Positions 40,809 to 56,050 are shown, numbered from the stretch's first letter. The stretch is DNA of 64,000 nucleotides from Eledone cirrhosa (GCA_964016885.1 OZ024748.1:11346001-11410000); one strand, 5' to 3'. Numbers and translations are program-made. Notes: generated by a model not told the origin, from the letters alone.

Positions 40809-41919
40809 GGTATATTGGCAGTAATCAGTAGAGCGTCGGACACCATGCTTTGCAGCATAGAGTTACGGCCCTTTATGATCTGAGTTCAAATCCCGCCGAG
40901 GTTAACTTTGCCTTTTATCCTTACGGGGTCGATAAAATAAAGTACCAGTAATACACTGGGGTTGATATTTAATCGACTTTCCCCTCCCCCAAAATTGCTG
41001 GCCTTGTGCCCATATAAGAAACCATTATTAATATTATTATTATCATTTTTACTATTTTTATTTCATTTTATTTTATTATTATTTCTGTTGTTATTGATTT
41101 AAAAAAAAACTGTAATTACTGTTATTGTTGTTAATTTTATTAATGAGGTATGGAGGAGTGACGAGGGAGGGAGGTGGATGTTTGAATTGTTAGGGAAAAC
41201 TGATTAATAATGCATAGCTGAGAATTTGCCAGACAGTTGTTGGAGCATTAGACAATAAATGCCTTGTGGTATTTAATCCGTCTCTTTACGTTCCGAAGCT
41301 TCAAATCCAGTTATGTCTCTTACTTGGATGGTTGACACAATCAGTCACCTGGTTTAACATAACCACCACCTGACTGTTATTAGGTGCTGTTAGCAAAGTC
41401 CACTCTCTCTTACAAGCATTTAGGCGAGCTATCTGGTTTGTGGAGACCTTCCTCCCGCCAGAGTCGGAGGCCCTGACCCCCCCCCCCCCAATACAAAAAC
41501 AAAAACAAATTAAGGGCACAGTTATACCCCTTTGACTAAGTGATTAAAAAAAAATAATAGTTCTATCCGTTTACATTTCTGAGTTCAAATCCCGTTGAGG
41601 TCAACTTTGCCTTTCATCTTTGCGGGTTTGATGAAATAAATTACCACAGTCAAGTAGAGGAGGCTATCACACCTCCACCCTTTCCCAACATTTGTGGCCT
41701 TCTGACAATGTTAGAAATTTATATTATATTAGGGAGGGTGATAAATGGTGATAAAATGGTGGAATTAGGAGAGCGTTGGACCAAATGCCTTGCAGTATTC
41801 GTTCTGTCTCTGTGTGGGCAACACCGTTTAAAGCAACCAGTAACACAATTGTTTATAGCCTGCATACAAACCATATGTCCTGCAGCTTATTTACAGTCCA
41901 ATAAAGGTCATTGGTTTAA

Positions 41920-42116
41920 CCCTTTAGCATTTACATTACTCTATATATACTATTGTATTTTCACAGTAAAGGCTTTATCTCACATAATATTGAATCTATG
42001 AGATTTTGATATTACTTATTTTGAGAACATCAGTATGAGTGGCCAGTTAGAGCCAATTTAAACAGAAAGAGGTGAGAGGATTCTAGCCGGATATGGCTGG
42101 TTTAAATGCTAAAGGG
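41920..42116 (-). mobile_element. piggyBac-like MITE (copy 5, reverse orientation)
   Basis: Same TIRs and TTAA flanks, internal sequence inverted. Confidence 0.85.
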
Positions 42117-44847
42117 TTAAGTCTAATAGAGGTCATTGGTTTATATCCCATGCTTCAAAATAAAGTATGGGTTTACAACACGAAGAGCATTACGCTATAG
42201 AAACAAAACAAAACTGCCTCAAGAAGTCTCATCTAACCCATGCCAACATGGAAAAGCAGACATTAAGAGTATAATGTTGATGTTGATGATGATGATGATT
42301 AACGTCACTCTTATATTGTATTGTTTCTTTAAAGTTTTTTTTTTCTCTTTTCTTAGCATGCTGTAGGCCACGCCAAAGTATGTGTAGATATTTCCCATTT
42401 TAAATGTTGTCAGTTTGTTTGTTTTCTACATCTAATTAAGTAGGTCATTCCATAATCCTTTTCTCTCTCTTCACAGCAGCCTTCATATATTTCTCAAGGC
42501 CATACTTCCTATTTATTGTACTTCTACTGAAGTGAAGGTGCATGACTTAGTGGTTAGAACATTGAGCTTGCAATCGTGACGTGAGGTTGTGAGTTTGATT
42601 CCCATACTGTTGTATTCTTGAGCAAGACACTTTATACTTTATCTCATGTTGCTCCAGTTTACTCAGCTGTATGTAGAAAGGAGTTGTCGTCACTGGTATG
42701 TCAAACTGTATCGACCATTGCTTTTCCCTTGGACAACATCAGTGGCATGGAGAGGAGAGACTAGTATGCATGGGAAACTGCTGGTCTTCCACAAACAACC
42801 TTGCCTGGACTTGTGCCTTGGAGGGGAACTTTCTAGATGCAAATCCCAGTCGTTCCTGACCAAAGGGGGTCTTTACCATTTACTGAAGTACTGTACTTCT
42901 CCATCTAAATAACACTGAAAAGAATCTCAATAGAATAAAGTGACTTCCCACCCCCAACATCTACAGTGGATTTCATCTGATTATCCATGAACTCTTAATC
43001 CTATTCATTATTTAAATTATTGAGGGTGGTAGATTGGCAGTATCGGTAGAGCGTCAGACACCATGCTTTCTAGCATAGTTACGTCCCTTTACAGTCTGAG
43101 TTCAAATCCCGCCGAGGTTAACTTTGCCTTTCATCCTTACGGGGTCGATAAAATAAAGTACCAGTAATGTACTGGGTAATTGCTGGCCTTGTGCCTAAAG
43201 TAGAAACAATTATTTAAATTATTTACTATTGGCAGTATCGGTAGAGCGTTGGACACCTTTATGATCTGAGTTCAAATCCTGCTGAGGTTTACTTTGTCTT
43301 TCATCCTTACGGGGTTGATAAAATAAAGCACCAGTAATGCACTGGGGTCGATTTAATCGACTTTTCCCTCCCCTTCAAATTACTGGCCTTGTGCCTAAAG
43401 TAGAAACAATTATTTACTAAGTTATTTCATCTCTATAAATATCAATATAACAATGAGGTTGTTGTTACTGTTATTGTTGTTGTTATTCTACCTTTGTAAG
43501 GCAGCTAGTAGTGTTGGTGCCATTAGGAAGGACGTCCAGCCATAGAACACCAAACTATAAACTGACCTGTCTTGACCTCATAATGAAACAACCTGTCTAA
43601 CCTATGCAAGCATGGAAAATAGACAAATGATGATGATGATGATGACGATGACGAAGATGATGATGATGATTCCTTATTCTTTATTTCATTTAGTATTTGT
43701 CTGTCTGCCCCCCCCCCCCCTCTCTCTCTCTCTCCTCATTCTTGTTACCTTTTTGCCCATGATTATTTTCTTTGGCTGAGTCCACTCTAACTCTATTGCA
43801 TACTTTTGTACCAGGTTTCAAATTTGAGGATACCTTCCTCCCTCTGTACCCCCCCCCCCCAGTCTAGGAAGCCATAAAAATACTTCCCTTCTCTTCCCTC
43901 CCTGATTCAAAACAATTAAAAATACATCTTTTATTCCATTCTTACTTTCTACCATTAAAGTATTTCACTTAAATAGAAATTAAACCTAACTTAAAGTTAG
44001 TGGCTTCGACTTAAGTTTTTTGAAAATTATTTTGTTTAACTTATTACACAACTTTTCTTAGTAAGACATATAAACAGTGAATGGAAAAATGTGGACAGCA
44101 TCAAACAATTTTCTCCACCCAGGGGCTTATAGGCTCAACTTAGACTATTTTTCATAGTAAAAAATAAAAAATATGTGTTGAAGTCGCTAATTCTAAGCTG
44201 GATTTTTTTCTCTTCCTCCTCCTTCTTCTTCGACTTCTTCATCTTCTTCTTCTTGAGAGGGTCGTGGGGGCAGCGTCCACAAACATTCCTTCCAAAAGTT
44301 AAATTTTAATTTTAAAAATTTGTAAGTCGCTTGACAATTCTAAACATAGACTGTTTTGCAAATATTTATCAATTAATTTAGTCATCTTCTGTGTCTCGTC
44401 AGTTAAGAATAGTTGAACAGTTAATAACCTCCCGGTTAAAATATCTTCATGTTATGGCAGAAAAATACCCACAATGAGGCAGAGTTTTTTTGGCAGAGAT
44501 GTTAGAGCATTGAACAAGATATTCTGCAGGATTTGTTCCAACTCTTTGCATTCTAAATTTGTTGAGGGTAAACATAAATATTGAAGTTAAGTCTGCAGAT
44601 TTAAGACAACTTCTTTCCACCAGTCTTGGAGGCTCTGAGAAAAAAAAGACGGGTCAGGGGCTTCACCCATTGCCCTTCCCTCAATTAAGCAGTAAAAGGT
44701 CTAGAGAGAAGAGTGTAGGGGAGAATTAACATAATTTTTTTTTTCAGAAATGTAAGCACAAAAGAATCCAATGACCCAGTCTTCAGTGATGTGAAAATGC
44801 TACGAAAGAAACAAATACACACATTATACATTTCTGTCTATCTTGTA

Positions 44848-44920
44848 AATAAATTGTTTTTTATTATTTTTTTTTTTTCCAAACTGAAGAAAATGTTGTT
44901 GTTGTTGTTTGAGTGTTAAA
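44848..44920 (+). terminator. Candidate polyadenylation signal for PLCG (would imply ~6.5 kb 3'UTR)
   Basis: AATAAA at 44848-44853 followed by T-rich and (TGT)n GU-rich downstream element; other AATAAA occur earlier. Confidence 0.3.
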
Positions 44921-45154
44921 TTTTGTGAAATATGTTCTCTCCTCTCTGTCAAAGCGGCTTATTGGGATATATGTGTGTTGTGTTGTAAAGCCTATATCAC
45001 ATTTCAAAAATCTGTTTCTTTGATTCTGTTCCCAGGACTTTATGACCTACCAGATTAATTTAATAAATACAAATCTCGCCGAGGTCAACTATGCCTTTCT
45101 TCCTTCCGAGGTCGATAAAATAAAGTACCAGTCAAGTACTGGGGGAAGGTTTAA

Positions 45155-45343
45155 CCCTTTAGCATTTAAACCGGCCATATCCGGCCAGAATTCTCTCACC
45201 TCATTGTGCTCAAACCAGCCGTAACTGGTATCGTATTGGTCTCAAAATAAATATCAAAATTTCATGGATTCGATATTATGTGAGTTGAAGCCTTTACTGT
45301 GAAAATATAATAGTATATATAGAATAATGTAAATGCTAAAGGG
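45155..45343 (+). mobile_element. piggyBac-like MITE (copy 6, nested in a SINE)
   Basis: Interrupts SINE sequence at its TTAA, which is duplicated. Confidence 0.85.
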
Positions 45344-45420
45344 TTAATCAACTTTGTTCTTTCCCCAAATGAACTGGTCTTATGCTAAATTAAGAACTGA
45401 ATATTAACATTTTTTCCAAG

Positions 45421-45759
45421 GGAAATAACTCTACTAAGGGACGCAACTCTGATCGTTTTAGCATTTCAATAAAATATTGGACTTTTAAAAATTTTATTTC
45501 AATTTATGTTATGTTTGCAATAAAATAATGAAAAGAAAAAGAGAGGTATTGGGGAGCAGAGTCTACATCCCTGTTTAGGTGGCATAACTCAGCTGCACTC
45601 CGTAGACAAGATGGTGAAAACAGCGGTGGAGTACAGCTAGCGACACTCTTGTTTATGTTGTATCATCGCAATTAAGAAATTTAGATAATTAGAATTATAA
45701 AATTATTTTATCGAAATGTTAAGACGATCAGGGTTGCGTCCCTTAAGAGAGTTACTTCC
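45421..45759. mobile_element. MITE-like element with ~55-bp imperfect terminal inverted repeats
   Basis: GGAAATAACTCT..TAAGGGACGCAAC.CTGATCGT at left, ACGATCAGGGTTGCGTCCCTTA..AGAGTTACTTCC at right. Confidence 0.7.
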
Positions 45760-46269
45760 GATTCTTCCTCTATATTACTTTTGAGGTCGATAAATAAATA
45801 ATTGTTTCTACTTTAGGCACAAGGCCAGCAATAACCCAGTGCATTACTGGTACTTCATTTTATCGACCCCGTAAGGATGAAAGGCAAAGTCAACCTCGGC
45901 GGGATTTGAACTCAGATCGTAAAGGGACGTAACTATGCTGGAAAGCATGGCGTCCGACCCTCTACTGATACTGCCAATCCACTAAATAAATACCGAGAGC
46001 CATTCGTCCTCTATATCACTTTTGACGTCAATAAATAAATTACCAGTCCAGTAGGGGCTTGATTCTTCCTTTATATCTTTGTCACTTCCCCTCTCCTTAT
46101 ATGAAAGACATTTGCTGTGTTCAGATCTGGAGAGAGGATGGGATCCTTTAGGTTTTAAAGTGTCCGAGGCATGCCATGTTTCACTAGAACGCTCCTACGT
46201 CTCCACCAGGAGTTACGGACTGACGGACGGATACATATTGGTTTTCTTGATCAGAGCTCACATCAGACT

Positions 46270-46500
46270 CTACAAAACAACAACAGTCATTGAAAAAGAA
46301 ATGGAAAACCTCAAAAAAATATGCAGATCTTGAAGGTCATATTAGAATTGAGCACCATGTAGAGATAGAAGTTGTGCCAATCGTCACTGGGATGCTAGCC
46401 ACGGGTCCTAAATGTCTAACGTCTTTCAGAGGCAGTACCCAAATTTCTACTGTCACTAACACTGCCAGATTCTTGTACGATATATTGATCGTCTGGGATC
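46270..46500 (+). mobile_element. Remnant of an R4/Dong-like non-LTR element (restriction-like endonuclease C-terminus)
   Basis: KEMEN/KKYADLEGHIRIEHHVEIEVVPIVTGMLATGPK resembles the KY.DL...VVPIVIG.LG..PK motif; frameshifted. Confidence 0.55.
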
Positions 46501-47063
46501 AATTAACATACCTCCCCTAGCAACAGATTGCTGGAGCTTTTTTTTTTTTTTTTTTTATTATCTTCATTATAATATAAAATATAAATATTATCTTCATTAG
46601 TAAATCGAGTCAACAGGTACACACGAGACGAGGTGATGACTAAGTAGACCGATCTTCCAGAAATGTCACCAACTTTTACTTCAGGACTCAAGTGTTTTAT
46701 AGTGACAAGAAAGAAGAAAAAGAAAAGAGAAAGAAAGAAAAAGTAAAAAAGAGGGTAAAATATATGGTTGTAGCTATTTTTAGAAACTATATATTTGACC
46801 TTTTAAGGTTATTCTTCCAACTTAATGAACATTGATACAGGCATGGAAATACCAATTCGATCTTCGACAAATCTCCAGGTACACAATTAACGTTTTTTGT
46901 TGTTTTTTTCTTCTGTTGAATTCGGTCAGACTGAAGTACACCAGGTCAAACCGATCACTTCGCTGCCACCGTTGTATATAACACACACACGCACACGCAC
47001 ACGCACACGCACACGCACACACACATACACACATACACACATACACACACATACATGCATGCA

Positions 47064-47103
<40 letters not shown>

Positions 47104-48867
47104 AACGCTCTATGGCATTCATTCCGTCATTGCGCTAACAGAAGTCTGATGATCTTTTGATTCCAGAGTCGGGCCCGATGGATAAAGATCGAACCTTGAG
47201 TTGAACAGTCACGAATCGCGCATCACACCTGAATAAACTTAATGAAAATTTGACACCTCGTCCATATTTATTATTATTATTAATCCCGGCAAGGTTAACT
47301 TTGCCTTTCATCCTTACGGGGTCGATAAAATAAAGTACCAGTAATACACTGCGATAATTGCTGGCCTTGTGCCAAAAGTAGAAACAATTATTATTATTAT
47401 TATTATATATATATATATGTATATATACATATATAGGGCAGTGGATTGGCAGTATCGGACGCCATGCTTTGCAGCATAGAGTTATAGCCTTTTACATTCT
47501 GAGTTCAAATCCCACCGAGGTTAACTTTACCTTTCATCCTTACGGGGTTAATAAACTAAAGTACCAGTAATGCACTGGGGTAATTGCTGGCCTTGTGTCA
47601 AAAGTAGAAACAACTATATATATATATATATAAGTACGGCTACACCCTAGAAGACATGACCCACAACCAAACAATAACTGGTGGAGATCAACCAGGGAGG
47701 GGTTCTTCCTACAGAGGTGAGAATGTCCTGGATTGAATTGGAGCGTCTTGACTACACCACTACCACCACCACCACCACCACCACTACCATAACCATCATC
47801 ACCACCACCATCACCACTTCTACCACCACCACCACCACAACCACCACCACCTCTACCACCATCACCACCACCACTATCACCACCACCACCACCACTACCA
47901 CCACTACCACCATCACCACCACAACCACCACCGCCACCACCATTACCACCACCACCATCACCACCTCTACCACCACCACCTCTACTACCACTATCACCAC
48001 CATCACCACCGCCTCTCTTTATCCAAAATTTGCCCAAACAAAAAGTGGTGGAGAACAACCAGGGAGGAGGTTCTTCCAACAAGAATGAGAAGGCCCTAGG
48101 TTGAACTGGTGTGACCTGACTACCCCACAATCCAATCACCAAAACCCCCACCCCCATCACCCCAACAACAATCACCACCACCACCACCACCACTACAAAC
48201 TCCACTACCGCCGCCGGCGCCTCTCTTCCTCCAAAATTTACCACCCCCGGGGAGCTAAATAACAACAGCACACTACAGGGCAGCAAGTTAACAACCACAA
48301 CATAACCTACTTCAGCATAACACTATGTGTTGACATTGTTCATGTAACATCACTAATGTAACATCACTAACTTCATATTATCATCAGGATAGCTATAACG
48401 CTACAGATCAACTCTTTTATTAATCTATCCTTATAGCTATTGATTGGTAGATCGATAAATCGGTCCATCTATACAATACTCCTGTACTTGTATTAAGACT
48501 ACATTAAATACGGGTTTTATATATATATATGTGCTTGTGTATGTGTGTCTATATCTGAACACACACACACATATATATATATATATACATATAAATATAC
48601 ATGTAATAAATGTATATATGTGTGTGTGTATATATATATATGTGTGTGTGTGTGTATATATATACATACATACATACATATATATACACATAATACACCC
48701 CCCCACACACATATATATGTATATATATATAAATTTATGTGTATATATATGTGTTTGTGTGTGTGTGTATTGATATATATCTATATATATATATATATAT
48801 CTATATGTATATATATATGTATATGTATATATATATATCTATATATATATATATCTATATCTATATG

Positions 48868-48902
<35 letters not shown>

Positions 48903-48937
48903 GTATATATATATGTATATATATATATATGTATATA

Positions 48938-48968
<31 letters not shown>

Positions 48969-49003
48969 GTTTGTGTGTGTGTGTGTATTGATATATATCT
49001 ATA

Positions 49004-49041
<38 letters not shown>

Positions 49042-49149
49042 TGTGTGTGTGTGTGTATTGATATATATCTATATATATCTATATATATATATATATATAT
49101 AGATATATATATCTATATGTATATATATCTATATATGTATATATATATG

Positions 49150-49181
<32 letters not shown>

Positions 49182-49211
49182 TGTTTGTGTGTGTGTGTGT
49201 ATTGATATATA

Positions 49212-49250
<39 letters not shown>

Positions 49251-49482
49251 ATATATGTATATATCTATATATATATATATACATATATGTTTGTGTGTGT
49301 TACCATCCAGCCTGTGATTGGTGCTTTAACTACGATCGTTAGACAGAAAAGACTGGTAGTGCCGTGATTAGAGTGACGCCACTCGTTGTTAAGAAATCTG
49401 TAGTGGACGCCATATTGCTTTGAGGAAACGTTTTCGCCGCTAAATTAAGTTCATTGACACGGTGAGGCAGGAAGCGCGCGCG

Positions 49483-49589
<107 letters not shown>

Positions 49590-50771
49590 ATATATATTAT
49601 ATGTTATATATACACACATATAAATATATGTATGTTATATATATATGTTATATATAAATATATGCACATATGTATGTTTTATATATATATATATATATGC
49701 ACATATGTATGTAGGTATATATATATATATAATCAACATTTACATATATATATATATATAGAGAGAGAGAGTATAGGAAAGAAAAGTATTATTTGTGCAC
49801 GTGTTTATTCGGCAACATTGAATGTAGTTGTTTTCCTTTCATAACCAGCTTCATGTTTCAAATCACTGATGTATAATAGTTACATGGTTGTGGGGTTAGG
49901 AAGTTCACTTTGATATTACGTACTTCTTTTACTATAACTTCCATAGTTTTCAGGGTAACTGGCAGACGATTTCGGGGTTACAATGGCCCCTAGAGATACA
50001 ATGTACACGTTCTCTATAGGGTTTTTCTCACATTATCCCTTTGTATTTTGAGTGAGTTTAATAACAGGAAGGATAAAAGATTGCATCGCGAGAGAAAGCA
50101 AGCTGTGCTGGTTTGTTTTTGAGGAGATTTTCTAGTGACTGGGTTTCTGGAAATCCCCCCCCCCCCCTCCAAACACACACACACACCTACTGACCCATCC
50201 ACACACCAGGCCTGAAAATGTGCGGTCACAGGAGTCTTGGATTTCCATGGCCACTGGATCTATTTCCTTCGCAACGAAGATTGAAGAAATGCTGGCAATC
50301 TCTTAAACCCTCAACGCCATTATAACGATGCTTCACTGCACGTTTGTGCGAGATCTGTCGTAAAAGTATCCGACATTAGACTAAATAATGGTGATGTTGG
50401 TGGGGTAGTGGTTAGTAATGGGGCTGATATGTATTTGATGGGATTCAATTGTTAATTCCCTCCCTTGGAAGTAGCTCTCTTGTACCATTGCAAATTTAAC
50501 TCAACGTCTAGATTGTTTCTTTCGGAATGGGTCTTAGCTCAACCGTCGCAATCCACCATGGACTTTGAGCCACACATCTATGAAACGTTCGTAACTGAGC
50601 CTAATCAATAACAACATTAATGCGTCTTGTTCTTCTTAATTCTTAAACTTAGAGTGTTAGTATTGGTACCTTCCTCATTAAACCACATATAATGAATCCC
50701 ACATACACACATATATAGTATAAACAAAGTTTTATTAGTTATACATACATATATATATATATATATATACA

Positions 50772-50808
<37 letters not shown>

Positions 50809-51360
50809 CATGCATACAAACACACACACACACGCGCATATATATATAGATCGATATAGATATATAGATATATTTGATATACAGAAATATATTATGTTTG
50901 ACAGCTTGCAAAACAATACAAGTGTTCATAATACACACATACAGATGCAGAATGAAGCTAAACCACATTAAAGATACACACATACATACACCCACACAGT
51001 CACAAAGCCAAACACACATACACACAAACACACACATACATACACACACATATGCTCTCTCTCTCTCTTTCGATCTGTTTCTCTCTCACAGACACGCGCA
51101 CACTTACTACATACCACACGTACGTATACACATAATTAGATGTATATGCAAATTAATTTTCATATTACACAGCAAGTCACACGAACACAAGCAAGCTGAC
51201 ATACACATACGAACACACAGAAGCTCACACACACAGACACAGACATACACATAAACATACACACACTTTGAAATACAACATATTTGTATTGGAACCAGAA
51301 AAGGTCATAAACAGAAACAAATACATACTCAGACACAGACACACACAAACAAACACATAA

Positions 51361-51430
<70 letters not shown>

Positions 51431-52590
51431 ACACATCTACACACACACACCTAAGCACATTATCCACCAAAAATATGGCTTTCTTGTTTGCAAACAACAA
51501 GAACCATCGAAAAATAAAAACACACACACGTACACATACATATTCTCAAACATACACGCATACACACATAGACATACACATACATTCATATAGACACACA
51601 TTTGTACACACACATACTCATACTTATATTCACACACGCACACTTACATCTACACACACATGCACACATATATGCATATTCACATACACAAACACACATA
51701 CTTCGCACACACAAATATCGCTTTCTTGTTTACGAAATAACAAAAACCACTGAAAACACACACCCACATACAATAATGCATAAACAGACACTCACACACA
51801 CATGTATACACACACACATGTTCACATACAGCGACTCAAACACACATACATATATACATATATACATACACGCACCACACTCGCACACACATATTCTCAG
51901 ACATTATTATTAACAAATGGACAAAAAAACCAAAAAAAAACCCAACAACAACATTGCTACACAATTTAGCTACTATGGATACACGATAAATTTATTCATA
52001 CACACCATATTTTTTCAAGAAAATATGGCGTATATTGGATATTGAAAAATATAAAAAATATAGATCTTCGGATAATCAGAAAATATCGAAAGAAATTTGA
52101 TGAAAAACAAAATATTTGATTTCGTTGCTACCTTCATCTTCTGCTTCTTCCATTTTCATTTTTGTTCAATTATTTTTTCTCCAAACACATTTTCAGCTTC
52201 ATGCACTAAATATATTTGTCTTGTAACTTGAACCGAGCATAAACTCATTGATTTATGAAGCAAGGTTTTACGGACTTTGAAGAACATGCTAGACGGCAAT
52301 TTTAGAAACCATTAAGAAGACATGTTAAACTATATTGATCATATAAATTTCCTAATTCTAAAATGGCGTCCTTGTTGTTATATTTTCGTTGCCAAACGGA
52401 AGTTTATTAGCCACAGCTACTGAACGCTACTGTGAGCTACAGATCACTACTGATAATATTATGCAGCCCAGTCAACGTCTATCGAATAGTGTATATATAT
52501 GCTTGTGCATATAGATACATAGATACATAGATACATAGATGCATACATACACATACATATATATACACACACACACATATACGTACATAA

Positions 52591-52620
<30 letters not shown>

Positions 52621-52621
<1 letters not shown>

Positions 52622-52749
52622 GGAAAAAGTATGACCCCGACGGCAGAGCTCAAGCCGTTTCGACGGCTATTTCTGGACTAAATTGAATTTAGTCCAGAAA
52701 TAGCCGTCGAAACGGCTTGAGCTCTGCCTTCGGGGTCATACTTTTTCCT
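52621..52749. mobile_element. Fold-back element family A (hairpin only, 129-bp palindrome)
   Basis: Arms ~63 bp with one mismatch, (TA)n on both sides. Confidence 0.85.
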
Positions 52750-52873
52750 ATATATACATATATATATATATATATATCTGTGTGTGTGTGTGTGTGTGTA
52801 AAAGGTTAACAGAAATAACACAATTGGTACAGTATATGGAAGGAATATATTAGGTTAACACTTGAAATAACGT

Positions 52874-52910
52874 TAATAACGTTTCGGGCGCTAGTCCTTC
52901 ATCAGAAGAA
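52874..52910 (-). ncRNA. Degenerate hammerhead-like motif, same family as 30514-30550
   Basis: Minus strand cttCTGATGAaggactagcgcccGAAACGTTA; 3' strand of helix I not preserved. Confidence 0.45.
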
Positions 52911-53163
52911 AGAATGAGAAATTAGAAAGATTGAAGGGACGGGTAGGGTGGATTAGAAAAAAATGTTTTTAGAGAAAAATAACAGGTTTATTCATGTTGC
53001 CATCACTAGGAAAATGTGTGTGTGTGTGTGTGTGTGGCATAGATATATGATATAAATATATTAATATGAGCCCTCTGAACGGAAAAAAATGTCCCTTTAT
53101 TAGATTACTCTCTAGAGTGAAAAACAAACAATCAACAGCGAAAGCTTCTAATTCAAGTTTCAT

Positions 53164-53200
<37 letters not shown>

Positions 53201-53445
53201 GAAAAGGCTTCTATAGGACTAGAAGTGTTTCATTCGGGAGAATTCATCAGAAATCATCTAGTCCTGTAGAAGCCTTTTCTTTATTAAATATATATACTCT
53301 GCGTTGTATTGAGTACCTTACTTACTGTGGCTACCCCCGATTGAACCCGGGATAAAGTTATCTATCTATCTATTGTCCCCTTCTTTTGTGCCCCTGTGGC
53401 TAATAAAGAAACATATCTATCTATCTATATGTATGTGCGTGTGTG

Positions 53446-53499
<54 letters not shown>

Positions 53500-55136
53500 A
53501 CAATGCTGGTAGTGATTTCTTTATTTGTCACAAGAGCAACCCAGATATTGAACATTTAAATGTAGTAGGAAAGCCGAAACATTTAGAGGTAAACACAAAT
53601 TAATAATTGTTTCTACTTTTGGCACAAGGCCAGCAATTACCCAGTGTATTACTGGTACTTTATTTTATCGACCCCGTAAGGTTTAAAGGCAAAGTTACTA
53701 ATGTGACTGAAACATAAGACAAGACACAATACAAAGAGAAGACATAATCTAAAGTTATGCCTATATCATATAGCATTTTTTACTACAGAAGACTTACAAA
53801 ACAATAAAATGAATAATTTGGTTTGAAATTTATAACGTAGCAATCTGCCACCAACAAAACAGACGTCTTCTGTATATAGACATTTGAAAATATGGCCGTA
53901 ATAGAATTAGAAAATAGACTGTCTTATATTGCTGTGTAGCTCTATAATTACTCAGCTATAGAATGATGTGTGATCACTGAACACTATTTGTACAACTGAA
54001 ATGATATACACCGGCTGGTTTCATACAAATCTTGACATAATTAAATTCCAGAATATATGATATATAATATAATGTGGTAAATATTTTCTCAGAGATATTA
54101 TGTATGTCTTCACTGCTGTATGCCATCATGTAGGTAGGTATATATATAGCTGAGTGGTTACAAAGATCTCTTCGCAATCATGAGTGGCATTGACTCTTAA
54201 ACAAATTTCATTTTCTATAGTTTAAGATTTGTTTAGTCATATACTATATCGTCTACAAGGTGGTGAATTGGCAGAGTTATTAGAACGTCGGATAGAATAC
54301 TTTGCAGTATTTGTTCCCGTTCTCTGCTCTCTTAGTTCAAAAATTCTGCCGAGGTCAACTTTCTCTTTCATCCATTCAAGGACGACAAAAAAAGAACCAG
54401 TCTAGTACTGGGGTCGATTCTTCCTCCATACCTCTTTCTCATTTCCATTCTCTCACTCTCTACCCTTCTCTGGGATAAATCTTCTGTGTTCAGACCTGGA
54501 GGCTTCAAATACCCAGGAAACACCGTATGCCACTACGGCACTTCTAGGATTTCAGTTAGGCAGAGAGGGACGTGAAATAGGAATATAAAAACACACATAG
54601 TTAGAAACATCGCAGCGGAGTTGGCCCTCCGCAGGTGCGAGCCCCGCGAGGTAGAGTAGCTGTTGCAGCACGTCTCCTTCGCCGTCCTCCGAGGCAATAT
54701 ATTCTCCATCCTGTCACCCGGGAACCAGAGGAGGAGGAGGAGTAGCTATTCCAGCACGTCTCCTTCGCTGCCCTCCGAGGGGATGTATTCTCCATCTTGT
54801 CTGTGGCTGGGACCCAGAGGCGGAGGGTAAGTCAGTTGGTAGTCGAAGATACTCGTTCGGGTGTCAATTTCATTCATATCTTATCAACAAAGAATTTAAT
54901 TTTCAGCTTGCACTATTAGAAACCAGTGTATGATTATGTGAAAACATTACTTTGCGTTGTTTGCTGTGAGAAAGAGGTTAAAATGAGATTTAAAAGCTAA
55001 TTTATGTCCTTTTAAAATTCCTTTTATTTAAAGCCACCATTATTGCCAACGAAAAGTCCATAAAACTTAATCGTTATTGTTTTGTTTTAGTTTGAAATGG
55101 TCTCATATTTAACGGACAGCTCTGTAAATATTTGAG

Positions 55137-55204
<68 letters not shown>

Positions 55205-55341
55205 TCCTACATCCGTGTATCCACGTATACAAGTGAATAAGACATATCGATAGATAGGGAGAGAAGAAACAGTGAGTCAAAGGGAGACGTCTCCCCCCTC
55301 TCTCTCTCTCTCTACACACACACATATATATGTATGTGTGT

Positions 55342-55400
<59 letters not shown>

Positions 55401-55932
55401 TGTGTGTATGTGTGTCTGTGTCAAAGTACATGTATGTGTGTGTCTTCGTGTGTCCAAGCAGATATGTGTCCGCGTGTCCAAGTAGGTATATGTGGGTTTC
55501 CAAGTACGTATGTGTGTGCGCTGTGTCCAAGTATATATATATATATATGTGTGTGTAGGTGTGTGTGCGTGTGTCCAAGTACATATGTGTATGTGTGTAC
55601 GTATATACAGCAATATTGTGTACCTAAGTAAATAGTAAGACTCACATAAAGCACCAGAAATGTTATTACATCTTAGTTAATTATAAATAAATATAAAAAG
55701 GCCGAAAATAAACAGCAACTATGAAAAACTAATCAACGAAGGTATATATATATATATACACGCACACAAACATACATACACATATATATATATATATACT
55801 TATATATGCATACACACACACAGAGACACACACACACACGCATATATATACTTGCAAGCAGGTAAAAGCGGACGTAAAATGATGATGATGATATATATAT
55901 ATATATATATACATATATATACATATATATAC

Positions 55933-56050
<118 letters not shown>

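Noticed and set aside
46503-46980. Exons of a second gene downstream of PLCG
   Set aside because: Unique-looking sequence but no recognisable protein motif or consistent splice chain on either strand
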